A DNA stretch of 20,000 bases from IMG/VR virus record IMGVR_UViG_3300006868_000019. The stretch is one strand, 5' to 3'. Shown here piece after piece: positions 1 through 8,803 of the stretch (position 1 is the stretch's first letter; every line of letters starts with the position of its first letter). The position numbers and the translations under genes were made by a program. The notes under the pieces were generated by a model, which saw only the letters and a list, made by a program, of their open reading frames with translations, made no database searches and was not told the origin of the DNA. Source of the stretch: an uncultured virus (IMG/VR IMGVR_UViG_3300006868_000019) (taxonomy: Duplodnaviria > Heunggongvirae > Uroviricota > Caudoviricetes).

Positions 1-105
1 TAAAATTTCAGGCCATTTAAGCCACGTAGTATCCATTGAGGGATGTTGCATAGAAATAAAATGAGGATCACCCCAACTACAACCACTAACTACAAGTTTC
101 TTCAT
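1..105 (-). CDS. SGNH/GDSL-hydrolase-like protein, N-terminal 35 aa (runs off the window; not in ORF track)
   Basis: Manual translation MKKLVVSGCSWGDPHFISMQHPSMDTTWLKWPEIL. Hydrophobic strand + G-C-S-W resembles SGNH block I (G-D/C-S), followed by WPE. ATGA overlap with the stop of 102..476. Confidence 0.6.
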   Translation of the reverse strand, partial: MKKLVVSGCSWGDPHFISMQHPSMDTTWLKWPEIL

Positions 106-476
106 ACTTTATTTTTTACTATTGATTTACCTTTTTCATCTAAATGATGTTCTATTTTTATATTATCATCTGGTCTAATTAAACAATGATACAGACAATT
201 TTTAGGCACTTTACTATGATCGCCTGCCTCACCGTCTTTCATAATTTGTTCAAACTCTCTCCATTCATCTGACAATACTATTTCATCTATGTTTTCTGCC
301 TCACTTACTTTACTTACTTTTAACATTTTTTGAAATAATGGTGTGCTTAATGTCCATTCTTGGTCGCACCAACAACAAGGTAATAGATGACCTCTATTAC
401 TCATAGCCATTTGCATTTTGCCGTTCATACATTGAGCAACAAATTTACCTTCTAGTTTATCTTTTTTATCTGACAT
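102..476 (-). CDS. Stand-alone SPASM/twitch-like Fe-S binding protein
   Basis: C-x12-G-x3-PCC pattern (QCMNGKMQMAMSNRGHLLPCCWCD), an 'IDEIVLSDEW' segment and distal CLYHC; lies directly downstream of a radical SAM core gene. Confidence 0.7.
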   Translation of the reverse strand: MSDKKDKLEGKFVAQCMNGKMQMAMSNRGHLLPCCWCDQEWTLSTPLFQKMLKVSKVSEAENIDEIVLSDEWREFEQIMKDGEAGDHSKVPKNCLYHCLIRPDDNIKIEHHLDEKGKSIVKNKV

Positions 477-1122
477 TAGGTCTTACGTATCCTTTATATC
501 CTAAATTGTATTCTTTTGATTGAGGTCTTAATGGGTCATCTTCTCCCATCCACCTTGACGAGTGTAACACTATGAACATTAAACCCTCATCTATTGCCAT
601 TTGTTTCGCCTTTTCTAAATTGTGTTCATTGTAACTAAACACTATAAACTGCCAAGATGGCGTTTGTTTTAAGTGTTTCTTTGCTTCTAACATAACTTCA
701 TATAATTTTTTACCGTCTTGGTTAACACGATACATGTTACTTTCTTCAGGTAAACCATCTATTGCAAATATCCATTTTGCTTTAGGGTGTGCCTTAAACG
801 CTTGTACGTACCAACTTTTAGATTTGGCAGATGAGGCATTATGTACTGTAACTTGTATATCTTTATTATACAGGTACTCTAATATCTCAACAAACTTTGG
901 ATGATGTACAGGATCAGATAACTGACCACAAAAATTAAATGATGAAAAATAATCAGATAACTTTCTTATCTCGTCCATTGTAGCATCCCGACCATAAACT
1001 TTTCTGCCTTCAAGTGTAAAGTTAGTTTGTCTTTGACATCTCATACACTCTAAAGGACACCTATTGCTTATGTCAATATTTATTCCTTTCTTTGATCTTC
1101 TATAAAATGCTATATCACTCAT
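466..1122 (-). CDS. Radical SAM protein (core domain only, MoaA/PqqE-like)
   Basis: CxxxCxxC motif CPLECMRC after strand INIDIS; FCGQLSDP (GGEP equivalent), VHNAS (TNG equivalent), FAIDG, WQFIVFSYNEH. Confidence 0.88.
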   Translation of the reverse strand: MSDIAFYRRSKKGINIDISNRCPLECMRCQRQTNFTLEGRKVYGRDATMDEIRKLSDYFSSFNFCGQLSDPVHHPKFVEILEYLYNKDIQVTVHNASSAKSKSWYVQAFKAHPKAKWIFAIDGLPEESNMYRVNQDGKKLYEVMLEAKKHLKQTPSWQFIVFSYNEHNLEKAKQMAIDEGLMFIVLHSSRWMGEDDPLRPQSKEYNLGYKGYVRPNVR

Positions 1123-1982
1123 CTTAAATGTTTTAGTAAATTTTCTATTTTATCTTTTTGTTCAGTTAAACATTTTGCAGGTCTTTTCCAATATACAGGT
1201 CCACCATCTTTAATAGATTTATCTCTTAAATAAATCACTTCTTTTCCTAACCATTTACATTCTTGTATAATTCTAGGTGCAGGATCAAAGTTAGGTTTAG
1301 TGTAAACATAAGTGTCAAATAAACCTAATAGATTTTTAACAGGTACGAATACATGATTATGTTTTTGACTTATGTACTTATCTTTGTATGCTATGATACC
1401 ATGTGACGTATAATTTTTTATATGTTTTTCTACTTCTCTATAATATGTTTTATTTGTTCCTAAGAATAGATATTTAAATTGTATGTTATCTTCTATAGGT
1501 TTGTATATACTAAAGTTTATTATTTTTTCAAATTGTTCGCCTACACCATTTACATATACCTCATGGTCGCATAAGTCAATTACTTCTTTGGGTTCATAAA
1601 AATCTAGTGCGATAGGATATTCTTTAACATGGTTTTCTGAATATACAGATATAAGTTTATTACTAAACAAACTGTGTAATGTTAATTTTTGTTCTTCAGT
1701 ATAACTATTGTAATCAAGGTATGCAAGTGTTAACATACTTCTACCCATAATCAAAGTTACGTCATCTGACCGTGGCATATAGTCATTAAACACTATGTTT
1801 TCAAACTTTGTATAACACTCATTTATTGCGTCAATGTAATCTTGTATTATGTGTTTTTTATTGGGTATAACAATCAGTTTGGCACTTATACCTAGGTCGT
1901 TGAGAAAACAACAATGTTCATAACTGTAATGAAACAGACCATCACCTGGTTTACTTGTACATACTATATTTACATTTTTCAT
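1119..1982 (-). CDS. Putative GT-B fold glycosyltransferase-like protein
   Basis: N-terminal strand + PGDG loop; C-terminal FDTYVYTKPNFDPAPRIIQECKWLGKEVI aligns with the GT4 signature D-x-F-V-x-P-S-x2-E-x-F-G-x4-E-A-x3-G-x-P-V-I. Divergent. Confidence 0.55.
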   Translation of the reverse strand: MKNVNIVCTSKPGDGLFHYSYEHCCFLNDLGISAKLIVIPNKKHIIQDYIDAINECYTKFENIVFNDYMPRSDDVTLIMGRSMLTLAYLDYNSYTEEQKLTLHSLFSNKLISVYSENHVKEYPIALDFYEPKEVIDLCDHEVYVNGVGEQFEKIINFSIYKPIEDNIQFKYLFLGTNKTYYREVEKHIKNYTSHGIIAYKDKYISQKHNHVFVPVKNLLGLFDTYVYTKPNFDPAPRIIQECKWLGKEVIYLRDKSIKDGGPVYWKRPAKCLTEQKDKIENLLKHLR

Positions 1983-1987
1983 AATAT

Positions 1988-2016
1988 ATTATAACATATT
2001 TATGTATAAATATCAA
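1988..2016 (-). promoter_or_regulatory. sigma70-type (early) promoter, probably giving a leaderless mRNA for 1982..1119
   Basis: Minus strand reads TTGATA (2016-2011), 17 nt, TATAAT (1993-1988) with an extended -10 TG. The ATG lies 5 nt past the -10 box and has no SD. Confidence 0.65.
2005..2012 (+). promoter_or_regulatory. T4-type late promoter for the 2050-14339 operon
   Basis: Exact TATAAATA in the intergenic gap, 37 nt before the TTG start; SD-like AAGGA at 2038-2042. Confidence 0.7.
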
Positions 2017-2049
2017 TAGAGGGTAGAGTAGAGAATTAAGGAATGAAGC

Positions 2050-3900
2050 TTGAAAAAGGTATATTTTACTCAAATAAACAATCTAATTGCTGACGCTATC
2101 TTTTTACCGTTAAGTGTTGCTTACATATGGGAATATTGTAAGACACAGGTAACAGATTGGGAATTAGGAGACATCTTCTTTGAAAGAGAGTCCGTAGAGG
2201 ACTATCTAAAAAAGATTGACAATCCTGACATCTTAGCATTATCAACATACGTGTGGAACTGGGACATAACTTGTCAGTTAGCAAGAGCAGTCAAAAAGAA
2301 ATATCCTAATTGCAAAATAGTAATGGGTGGACCACAAGTGCCATTCAAACAAAGTTGGTTAGAAGACAATACTGACCTATGCGATATTATAGTTACATAT
2401 GCAGGTGAAAGAGCATTTGCTGAAATACTAAAAGGTAACTATACGTACCCAGGCGTAATGACAAAAGACTCTTATACGCCACCTAAACCAGATAAAGAAT
2501 TAAACGACATACCAAGTCCTTATTTAAGTGGGTTGATGGATAGTCTTATGCAACCTGGTAAACAATATAGTGCTATCATAGAAACTAATAGAGGTTGTCC
2601 ATATAGTTGTTCTTTCTGCGATCAACAAGATTTATATTACAATAAGATTGCCATGTTTGATTATGATAGAGTAATAGGTGAGATAGATTGGATTGTAAAA
2701 AATAAAATTGACTTCTTATACTTTGGTGATAGTAATGTAGGTATGTTCAATAGAGATGTTGACTTTATAAGACACATCGCTAAACGTAGAAATGAAACTG
2801 GTTATCCTAGACAGATAGATTATAGTACAGCAAAACAACAACCAAAACGTATTGTTGAGTTGGGTGAAATACTTAATAAAGAAGCAAAGATAAGACGTGG
2901 TGTTACTATTGCTTTACAAAGTATGAATCCTAAAACATTAAAAGCAATCAAAAGAATTAATCTTGCAAATGAAAAATTAGAACAAATTGTTGGCGACTAT
3001 AATAAAGCAGGTGTTGATAATTATTGTGAACTAATTGTAGGTTTACCTGAAGAAACATTAGACACATGGATTGAAGGTATAGGTAAGATACTAGAATTAG
3101 GAAGTGACCATGCGTTAACAGTACACCCTTTGAGTATTGTACCTAATACTCCTTTTTCTGATCCTGAATATAAAAACAAATACGGATACAAATATACAAA
3201 GACAGCTGCACCTGCAGGTGGTAATACTTATCCTAAAGATAGTAATGGTGAGATTGATTATGTTGCATATGAAAGTAAAAGTTTTAGTAAACAAGATTAT
3301 ATAGACATGTATTTTTTCGCTAAAGGTCTTGTGATACCTCATCACTATCATGGTGTTAGTCAAGTTGCAGCCACATATCTTAACCGAGAACACAATGTAC
3401 CATTTATAGATTTTTATAAAAAACTATTTGAGTATAGTAGAAATGGTAATGGCATACTAAATGAAGAATATAAAAATCACACAAACAGTTTGAAACAAAG
3501 TTTATTTGAAGATAAGACATGGGGTAGAACTATTGAAGGTGGCGATGATTTTCATATACAAGATAATGGTGCAACAGCTTCTTTCTTATATAAAAACATA
3601 GACAAGGTACATAAAGAAGTTATAGACATATGTAAGAAAGAATATAATGTAGATGTATCAGAAGCGTGCCAGTTTAACAAGCACATTATTGACACATACG
3701 AAAGAGATGATACAGAAAAACAATTTGATAAGAATTGGTATAGTTGGTTCTACGATAACAAACCATTAGTCGCTGTTAATAATATCGTATCTGTAGCCGT
3801 TTATAAATATAAAGATATAGTAGACCACTCAAAGCATTTATTCTGGTGGGGAAGAAAAGCCAAGAGATGTTTTTTGAAATCAAAGGAGATTATGTTATGA
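2050..3900 (+). CDS. Cobalamin-binding (class B-like) radical SAM enzyme, paralog 1
   Basis: N-terminal B12-binding Rossmann domain (LPLSVAYI...PDILALSTYVWN...YPNCKIVMGGPQV), then ETNRGCPYSCSFC, DSNVG, ALQS, ELIVGLPEET. TTG start 7 nt after AAGGA. Confidence 0.92.
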   Translation: MKKVYFTQINNLIADAIFLPLSVAYIWEYCKTQVTDWELGDIFFERESVEDYLKKIDNPDILALSTYVWNWDITCQLARAVKKKYPNCKIVMGGPQVPFKQSWLEDNTDLCDIIVTYAGERAFAEILKGNYTYPGVMTKDSYTPPKPDKELNDIPSPYLSGLMDSLMQPGKQYSAIIETNRGCPYSCSFCDQQDLYYNKIAMFDYDRVIGEIDWIVKNKIDFLYFGDSNVGMFNRDVDFIRHIAKRRNETGYPRQIDYSTAKQQPKRIVELGEILNKEAKIRRGVTIALQSMNPKTLKAIKRINLANEKLEQIVGDYNKAGVDNYCELIVGLPEETLDTWIEGIGKILELGSDHALTVHPLSIVPNTPFSDPEYKNKYGYKYTKTAAPAGGNTYPKDSNGEIDYVAYESKSFSKQDYIDMYFFAKGLVIPHHYHGVSQVAATYLNREHNVPFIDFYKKLFEYSRNGNGILNEEYKNHTNSLKQSLFEDKTWGRTIEGGDDFHIQDNGATASFLYKNIDKVHKEVIDICKKEYNVDVSEACQFNKHIIDTYERDDTEKQFDKNWYSWFYDNKPLVAVNNIVSVAVYKYKDIVDHSKHLFWWGRKAKRCFLKSKEIML

Positions 3901-4481
3901 TAAGAGTTGGCGATATAATACCAGATATAAAAACTATGCACAAAGATAGTGCAGCCACAAACTGGTATTCTACACACGAATTATTTAAAGATAAAAAGAT
4001 ATTACTAATAGGATTGCCTGGCGTATTTCTTGTTGAGTATGCAGCCACACATTTAAAAGCATACGACTTCTATTACAGCAAGATAAGAGAACTAGGTATT
4101 GATGAAGTATATTTTACAAGTGTTGATAATTGTTACGTACAAAACGCATATCACAAATCAGAAAATTTATCGTACCTAAAAAACTTACCTGACCCTAATG
4201 GTGATTGGGCCACATCTATAGGTATGTTAGAGAGTATGAGTAAAGAAGGATTAGGAAATTGTAGTCATAGATACGCTATGATTATAGACAATCTAATTAT
4301 GAAACATTGTAAGTATGAAGACTTTACACACAACCCTATGACGTGTTTTCAAGTATCAGACGCTGATACAATGATTAAGTATTTAGAAATTATACAAACA
4401 AATTATGAAAGGTTTAATGATGACGCCAGAGATAAGGTTGACGTCCTTGGAAGAAACAAGATCAGCACCGTATTGTCGTGA
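3897..4481 (+). CDS. Peroxiredoxin (Prx5/redoxin)-fold protein lacking the peroxidatic Cys
   Basis: IRVGDIIPD, LFKDKKILLIGLPGVF, LGIDEVYFTSV, LPDPNGDW, SHRYAMII, VSDADTM all follow Prx5; PGAFTPTC is replaced by PGVFLVEY. Start moved to ATG 3897 (AAGGAG SD, ATGA overlap). Confidence 0.85.
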   Translation: MIRVGDIIPDIKTMHKDSAATNWYSTHELFKDKKILLIGLPGVFLVEYAATHLKAYDFYYSKIRELGIDEVYFTSVDNCYVQNAYHKSENLSYLKNLPDPNGDWATSIGMLESMSKEGLGNCSHRYAMIIDNLIMKHCKYEDFTHNPMTCFQVSDADTMIKYLEIIQTNYERFNDDARDKVDVLGRNKISTVLS

Positions 4482-5061
4482 GCTAAAAACTCTTTGGTAC
4501 GATAGAGAATATCTATTAAATCATTTAGAGAATATAGACGAAAACAATTGGTATCTGTTTGATTGTGGTCATATAAGATGGACTGTACAAGAGGCATTTA
4601 ATGCTAGACGAGAATGTAAAAACTATCCTTTTAGTGAGTTTCATTATGAGTTGATAAATCTTTTTACACCTGCAATATCTTTTGATACTGTATTGTACAC
4701 ACAAACAGCAATAGGTGGTGCACCACCACACCAAGATAGAAACAGACCTACTGCTTTAAACTTTGCAATACGAGGTGAGTTTAGTGATACAAGTCCACAA
4801 GTTTTCTATGATAGTTTTGATAGAAGTACAGAAAAGTATAGAATGACATATGAGAAAAATGATATTACAAATGAATTTGCACCTTGGATATTTAAAGGTC
4901 CTGAAATACATGGTGTAGAAAACAAGACAGAAAAAAATAGAATTATTATAACTTGTGCTTGGCGACATAATAGTTATGAAGATATAGAAAAAAGATTACT
5001 AGATGGTACGTTAGTAAACTGGGAACAGAATGAAAAAAACAAAAGGATAAAATTTATATGA
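4420..5061 (+). CDS. Fe(II)/2-oxoglutarate-dependent oxygenase-like protein (family A, copy 1)
   Basis: PPHQD...IHGVEN...NRIII (HxD...H...R). Start uncertain (4405, 4417, 4420 or 4447); 4420 has AAGGT 6 nt upstream. Confidence 0.7.
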   Translation: MTPEIRLTSLEETRSAPYCRELKTLWYDREYLLNHLENIDENNWYLFDCGHIRWTVQEAFNARRECKNYPFSEFHYELINLFTPAISFDTVLYTQTAIGGAPPHQDRNRPTALNFAIRGEFSDTSPQVFYDSFDRSTEKYRMTYEKNDITNEFAPWIFKGPEIHGVENKTEKNRIIITCAWRHNSYEDIEKRLLDGTLVNWEQNEKNKRIKFI

Positions 5062-5711
5062 GCAGTGTAGATAGAACAAACAAAGCGCTTCAAAGACTTT
5101 CTACTATGGGTGATTGGTTGCAAATGAAACAACACATTAATACTAGACAGATAATGAAAGACCTTGAGCCATACAAAGACTCATGGAAACCTTACAATTT
5201 AAGAAACCCAAATAACAGGTGGGGATTAAGTGTAACAAGTTTAGATGGCAAGTTAAGTGGTATACCTGATTTAGATAGTTTACTACAATACAATAAGATA
5301 CATGGTACTAGTATTACAAATCATCACATAAAAGAATACACCGAAGTATATGATAACTCAAAAGAATTACAGAAACTCATTGAACCATGGAAACCTTGGT
5401 TAGGGAGATGTCACTTTCTAAAACTAAACACAGGTGGTTATTTTCCTGAACACTATGATGTAAACAAATTAGAATATGGTTATGATGAAATAAGATTTAT
5501 TGCTTTCATTAACAGGTGTGATAAAAAAGATTTAAAGTTTATATACGAGGATACAGTTAGAGATGTTAAAGATGGCCAGATGTTTTTCTTTAACGCAAAC
5601 AAAAGACATTCAGTTTTTAGTACATCGGACGATATTATTATGTTAGTATTTTGTATGAAGTTTGATGAACATTTATTTGAAAGATTAATAGAACAATATA
5701 GGTATGCGTAA
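5058..5711 (+). CDS. Aspartyl/asparaginyl beta-hydroxylase-like Fe(II)/2OG oxygenase
   Basis: GRCHFLKLNTGGYFPEHYD...DGQMFFFNANKRHSVFS; ATGA overlap with the upstream gene. Confidence 0.75.
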   Translation: MSSVDRTNKALQRLSTMGDWLQMKQHINTRQIMKDLEPYKDSWKPYNLRNPNNRWGLSVTSLDGKLSGIPDLDSLLQYNKIHGTSITNHHIKEYTEVYDNSKELQKLIEPWKPWLGRCHFLKLNTGGYFPEHYDVNKLEYGYDEIRFIAFINRCDKKDLKFIYEDTVRDVKDGQMFFFNANKRHSVFSTSDDIIMLVFCMKFDEHLFERLIEQYRYA

Positions 5712-6244
5712 TGTGGTATCATAAAAAATTTAAATTACAATACGATAAAAACGTTTTCAATGAGATAATTGAATATGCTGAAAGAGCAACATGGAGACAA
5801 GGGTACGATCAAAATGGTTTACTTTGGAATGTTGAAGAACTACCTTTAAACCCTAAACAGTTTCCTATACTAAATGAATTGTATGAAGGTCTAAATACAG
5901 AATTTAAAAGACCATCATTTTTTATTAGTAATGTGAAACCTGGTGGGTTAGTAAACCATATTGACCACAACAAATGGGGCAATCTAGGTATACCTTTGAA
6001 AGGTGATTTTGAAAATACACCTCAATACTTTTACGATCAATTCAATCATCCAGTAGAGTCATTCGTAGTTGATAGTCCTGTTATATTCAATACACGTATG
6101 TTACACGCTGTACCTAGACAGTTAACTGATACAGGACCTAGATGGGTATTGATGATGGATTTATTTGAGTGGGTTGATAAATTGTTTGCAAAGATTGACA
6201 ACAAAACTATATGGACAGACACAAAGAATTTCAAAAATGCGTAA
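5711..6244 (+). CDS. Fe(II)/2OG oxygenase-like protein (family A, copy 2)
   Basis: PGGLVNHIDH...PVIFNTRMLHAVP...PRWVL; TAATG coupling. Confidence 0.75.
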   Translation: MWYHKKFKLQYDKNVFNEIIEYAERATWRQGYDQNGLLWNVEELPLNPKQFPILNELYEGLNTEFKRPSFFISNVKPGGLVNHIDHNKWGNLGIPLKGDFENTPQYFYDQFNHPVESFVVDSPVIFNTRMLHAVPRQLTDTGPRWVLMMDLFEWVDKLFAKIDNKTIWTDTKNFKNA

Positions 6245-7901
6245 CTTCTATTTTCTACAGATACCTTTAGGTACAGACGCAGCCTATCTGCCACAAGCAG
6301 TAGGTACGATCTGGTCTTATTGTAATCAGTTTGAAGAAGTACGAAAGAAATATAAACTTGCAGGTGTATGGTGGAACAAAGAGATTGATATAGTTGAACC
6401 TGATTTTATAGCTGCAAGTTGTTATATGTGGAACTGGAAAATAACATATGACGCATTGAAAGAAATAAAAAAGAAGTATCCTAAATGTAGAATAGTTGTA
6501 GGTGGACCTGAACCACAATATACATCAGAATGGTGTAAAAAACATCCTGAAATAGACGCTGTGTTAGCATACTATGGTGAAGAAACAATGAGAAGATTAC
6601 TAGTAGATGATGAACTTAACATACCAGGTGTTGTTACAAAAGACTTTAACAATGCAGCCGAGGCAGAATATGCCGACCCTAAAATGATACCTAGTCCTTA
6701 TCTTAATGGTTTCTTTGATAGTTTACTAGAAGGCAACACACAAAAAGTCAGAGCAATCTTTGAAGGCAATAGAGGTTGTCCTTATACTTGTTCTTTCTGT
6801 GACATAGGCCATAAGAAATATACAAAGATACAAATGTTTGAAACAGAAAAATGTTTAAAAGAACTAAAATGGATGTGTGATAGAAATGTAACTGCTATAG
6901 ATGTAGCAGATAGTAACTTTGGTATATTTCCTAGAGATGAAAAACTTGTAGATTTTGTAGTAGAACAAAAGAAGGCAGGTAAATTCAATGGTAGATTTAT
7001 GCCTACGTGGGCTAAGACACATGGTGAAAAGATAATGAAGTTAGCAAAGAAATTGCAAGACGCAAATGTAGATGACACTTTTGGTTTTAGTTTACAATCT
7101 ACAAATCCTGAAACTTTAGATAATGTCAATAGAAGAAATGCGTTTGATATTAAGAGTTTCAAACCTATCATAAAGAATTTAAAAGACAAAGGTGTTTCAT
7201 CATATACAGAATTAATCTTTCCTTTGCCTGGTGATAGTTTAGAAACATTTAAGTATGGTCTACACGAAATAGTTGACATGCCTGCACCATTTGATATGAT
7301 ACAGATTAATACTTTAAGTAGATTAAGTAATACAGAATTTAACACAGGTTTTCCTGAAATGATATGGCAAAATATTAAAGGTACTGCAAAGCCATATAAC
7401 AATGATGTAATAGATGAGATTGCTGTTGCAACAGATAAGATGACAAGAGATCAAGTCTTTGAAGGTTTCTTTTATAGTAGAAGTTTCTTAATACCAATGT
7501 ACTGGTATGGTCTAGCAAAGTATCATGCTGATTGTTATTATGAAATTAATGGTAATAGAAGTGAATTATTTAAAGACATATATTCAAAACTATTTAAAAA
7601 CAAAACATTTATGAAACACAAACTAGATGTTAGAGAACATTATTTTAAAGCACTTAATGAGTACAAAGACATTGGATATAAGATACTTAATAAAGATATA
7701 AATTATTATACAGATACAGCTTATTCTCACTTGTTCTATACCGAGAATAATATATTTGATGTGTTCAAAGAAATGTATCCAGAATATGATGAGATTATTG
7801 ATCGCAACAAAAAAGATTTCAGACCTATTGACGATAAGATGGAATGGCTCAGAGATATACACGTTAGAGGTAGATTTAGTGAGTCTTGGAGAATAAAATG
7901 A
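6237..7901 (+). CDS. Cobalamin-binding (class B-like) radical SAM enzyme, paralog 2
   Basis: YLPQAVGTIW...PDFIAASCYMWNW...YPKCRIVVGGPEP, IPSPYL, EGNRGCPYTCSFC, ADSNFG, SLQS, ELIFPLPGDS; colinear with 2050..3900. Start moved to ATG 6237 by alignment (MRNFYFLQI vs MKKVYFTQI). Confidence 0.92.
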   Translation: MRNFYFLQIPLGTDAAYLPQAVGTIWSYCNQFEEVRKKYKLAGVWWNKEIDIVEPDFIAASCYMWNWKITYDALKEIKKKYPKCRIVVGGPEPQYTSEWCKKHPEIDAVLAYYGEETMRRLLVDDELNIPGVVTKDFNNAAEAEYADPKMIPSPYLNGFFDSLLEGNTQKVRAIFEGNRGCPYTCSFCDIGHKKYTKIQMFETEKCLKELKWMCDRNVTAIDVADSNFGIFPRDEKLVDFVVEQKKAGKFNGRFMPTWAKTHGEKIMKLAKKLQDANVDDTFGFSLQSTNPETLDNVNRRNAFDIKSFKPIIKNLKDKGVSSYTELIFPLPGDSLETFKYGLHEIVDMPAPFDMIQINTLSRLSNTEFNTGFPEMIWQNIKGTAKPYNNDVIDEIAVATDKMTRDQVFEGFFYSRSFLIPMYWYGLAKYHADCYYEINGNRSELFKDIYSKLFKNKTFMKHKLDVREHYFKALNEYKDIGYKILNKDINYYTDTAYSHLFYTENNIFDVFKEMYPEYDEIIDRNKKDFRPIDDKMEWLRDIHVRGRFSESWRIK

Positions 7902-8803
7902 TAAACAAATTAATATGGAATAAAGTAGAAGAATTATTTTACTGGAACATATCAGTAGATAGCCCTATCAATCAATTACCTTTTACAATGGATTTTATTC
8001 TTGCTTGTCAAAAAGAATTTTCTATGACAGTAAGAGATAAAGAATACCCTATACATCTAGGTGGTATAATGGATTGGCACGATAAAACAATGGGCGATTT
8101 CGTAAAAGAAATAGATAAACAATATCAAAGTAATTACTTTGTAGCAGAAAATGGCACAAGTACAACAGGTGTCGTAGGTGAAATAAAAGATGTAAACGAT
8201 AAACCTATTACAAACAAATGGAATATAAGAGGTGAAGCTCTTGTTAAAAGATTACAAGCAATGCAAAAAGAAAGACCTAATTTAACAATATTAGATATGG
8301 GTTGTGGTGTAAATGAATATAAGAAACATTTAAATAATGTTACAGGCGTTGATCCATATAGAAAAGAAGCAGACATAATCTGTAGTCAAGCAGATTTTAA
8401 ACCTGCTGATGATATAAAATGGGATGTAATTATATGTTTTGGTCCTCAAAACTGGTATACGTATGATGAACAATATAGAAACTTTATGACGTTAAAGAAT
8501 TGTTTAGCACCTAGTGGTCTATTATTATGGTCACATGTTCATAATTACTATAAAGTATTTCAACCAGATCACCCACATGGTCATACTTGGATACATGGCG
8601 ATTTAGAACATGCACAAAAAAATAGTGCGTTTTATTTTTATGATAGAAACTGGAAGTACACATGGTACTTTAACTGGACTGAACATGCTGTAAATACACT
8701 TGCAGGTCATGTAGGTTTAAAAATAAACAAAGTTGATTACGACCATTGTAATTTATACAGACCACCTATGTACAGAATATTTACGGAGATGACACATGGT
8801 TGA
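7898..8803 (+). CDS. Class I SAM-dependent methyltransferase with an N-terminal ACP-like segment
   Basis: Motif I ILDMGCG, VTGVDPY, KWDVIICFG, LAPSGLLL. Start at 7898 by ATGA overlap. The ACP resemblance is tentative. Confidence 0.82.
   Translation: MINKLIWNKVEELFYWNISVDSPINQLPFTMDFILACQKEFSMTVRDKEYPIHLGGIMDWHDKTMGDFVKEIDKQYQSNYFVAENGTSTTGVVGEIKDVNDKPITNKWNIRGEALVKRLQAMQKERPNLTILDMGCGVNEYKKHLNNVTGVDPYRKEADIICSQADFKPADDIKWDVIICFGPQNWYTYDEQYRNFMTLKNCLAPSGLLLWSHVHNYYKVFQPDHPHGHTWIHGDLEHAQKNSAFYFYDRNWKYTWYFNWTEHAVNTLAGHVGLKINKVDYDHCNLYRPPMYRIFTEMTHG

Noticed and set aside
2043..2093. Out-of-frame 16-codon mini-ORF (MKLEKGIFYSNKQSNC) overlapping the TTG start of rSAM1; considered as a RiPP precursor or regulatory uORF
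   Set aside because: Its ATG abuts the AAGGA, whose spacing fits the TTG at 2050; it overlaps a conserved coding region; nothing else supports it.
3802..3809. Intragenic TATAAATA about 90 nt upstream of the Prx-like gene
   Set aside because: Several chance hits of this 8-mer are expected in 20 kb of such AT-rich DNA, and the downstream gene is already coupled. It cannot be supported without TSS data.
4017..4040. Selenocysteine or stop-codon recoding at the Prx active site or elsewhere
   Set aside because: The codon is TAT (Tyr), not TGA, and genes end normally at TAA/TGA/TAG with coupled downstream starts.
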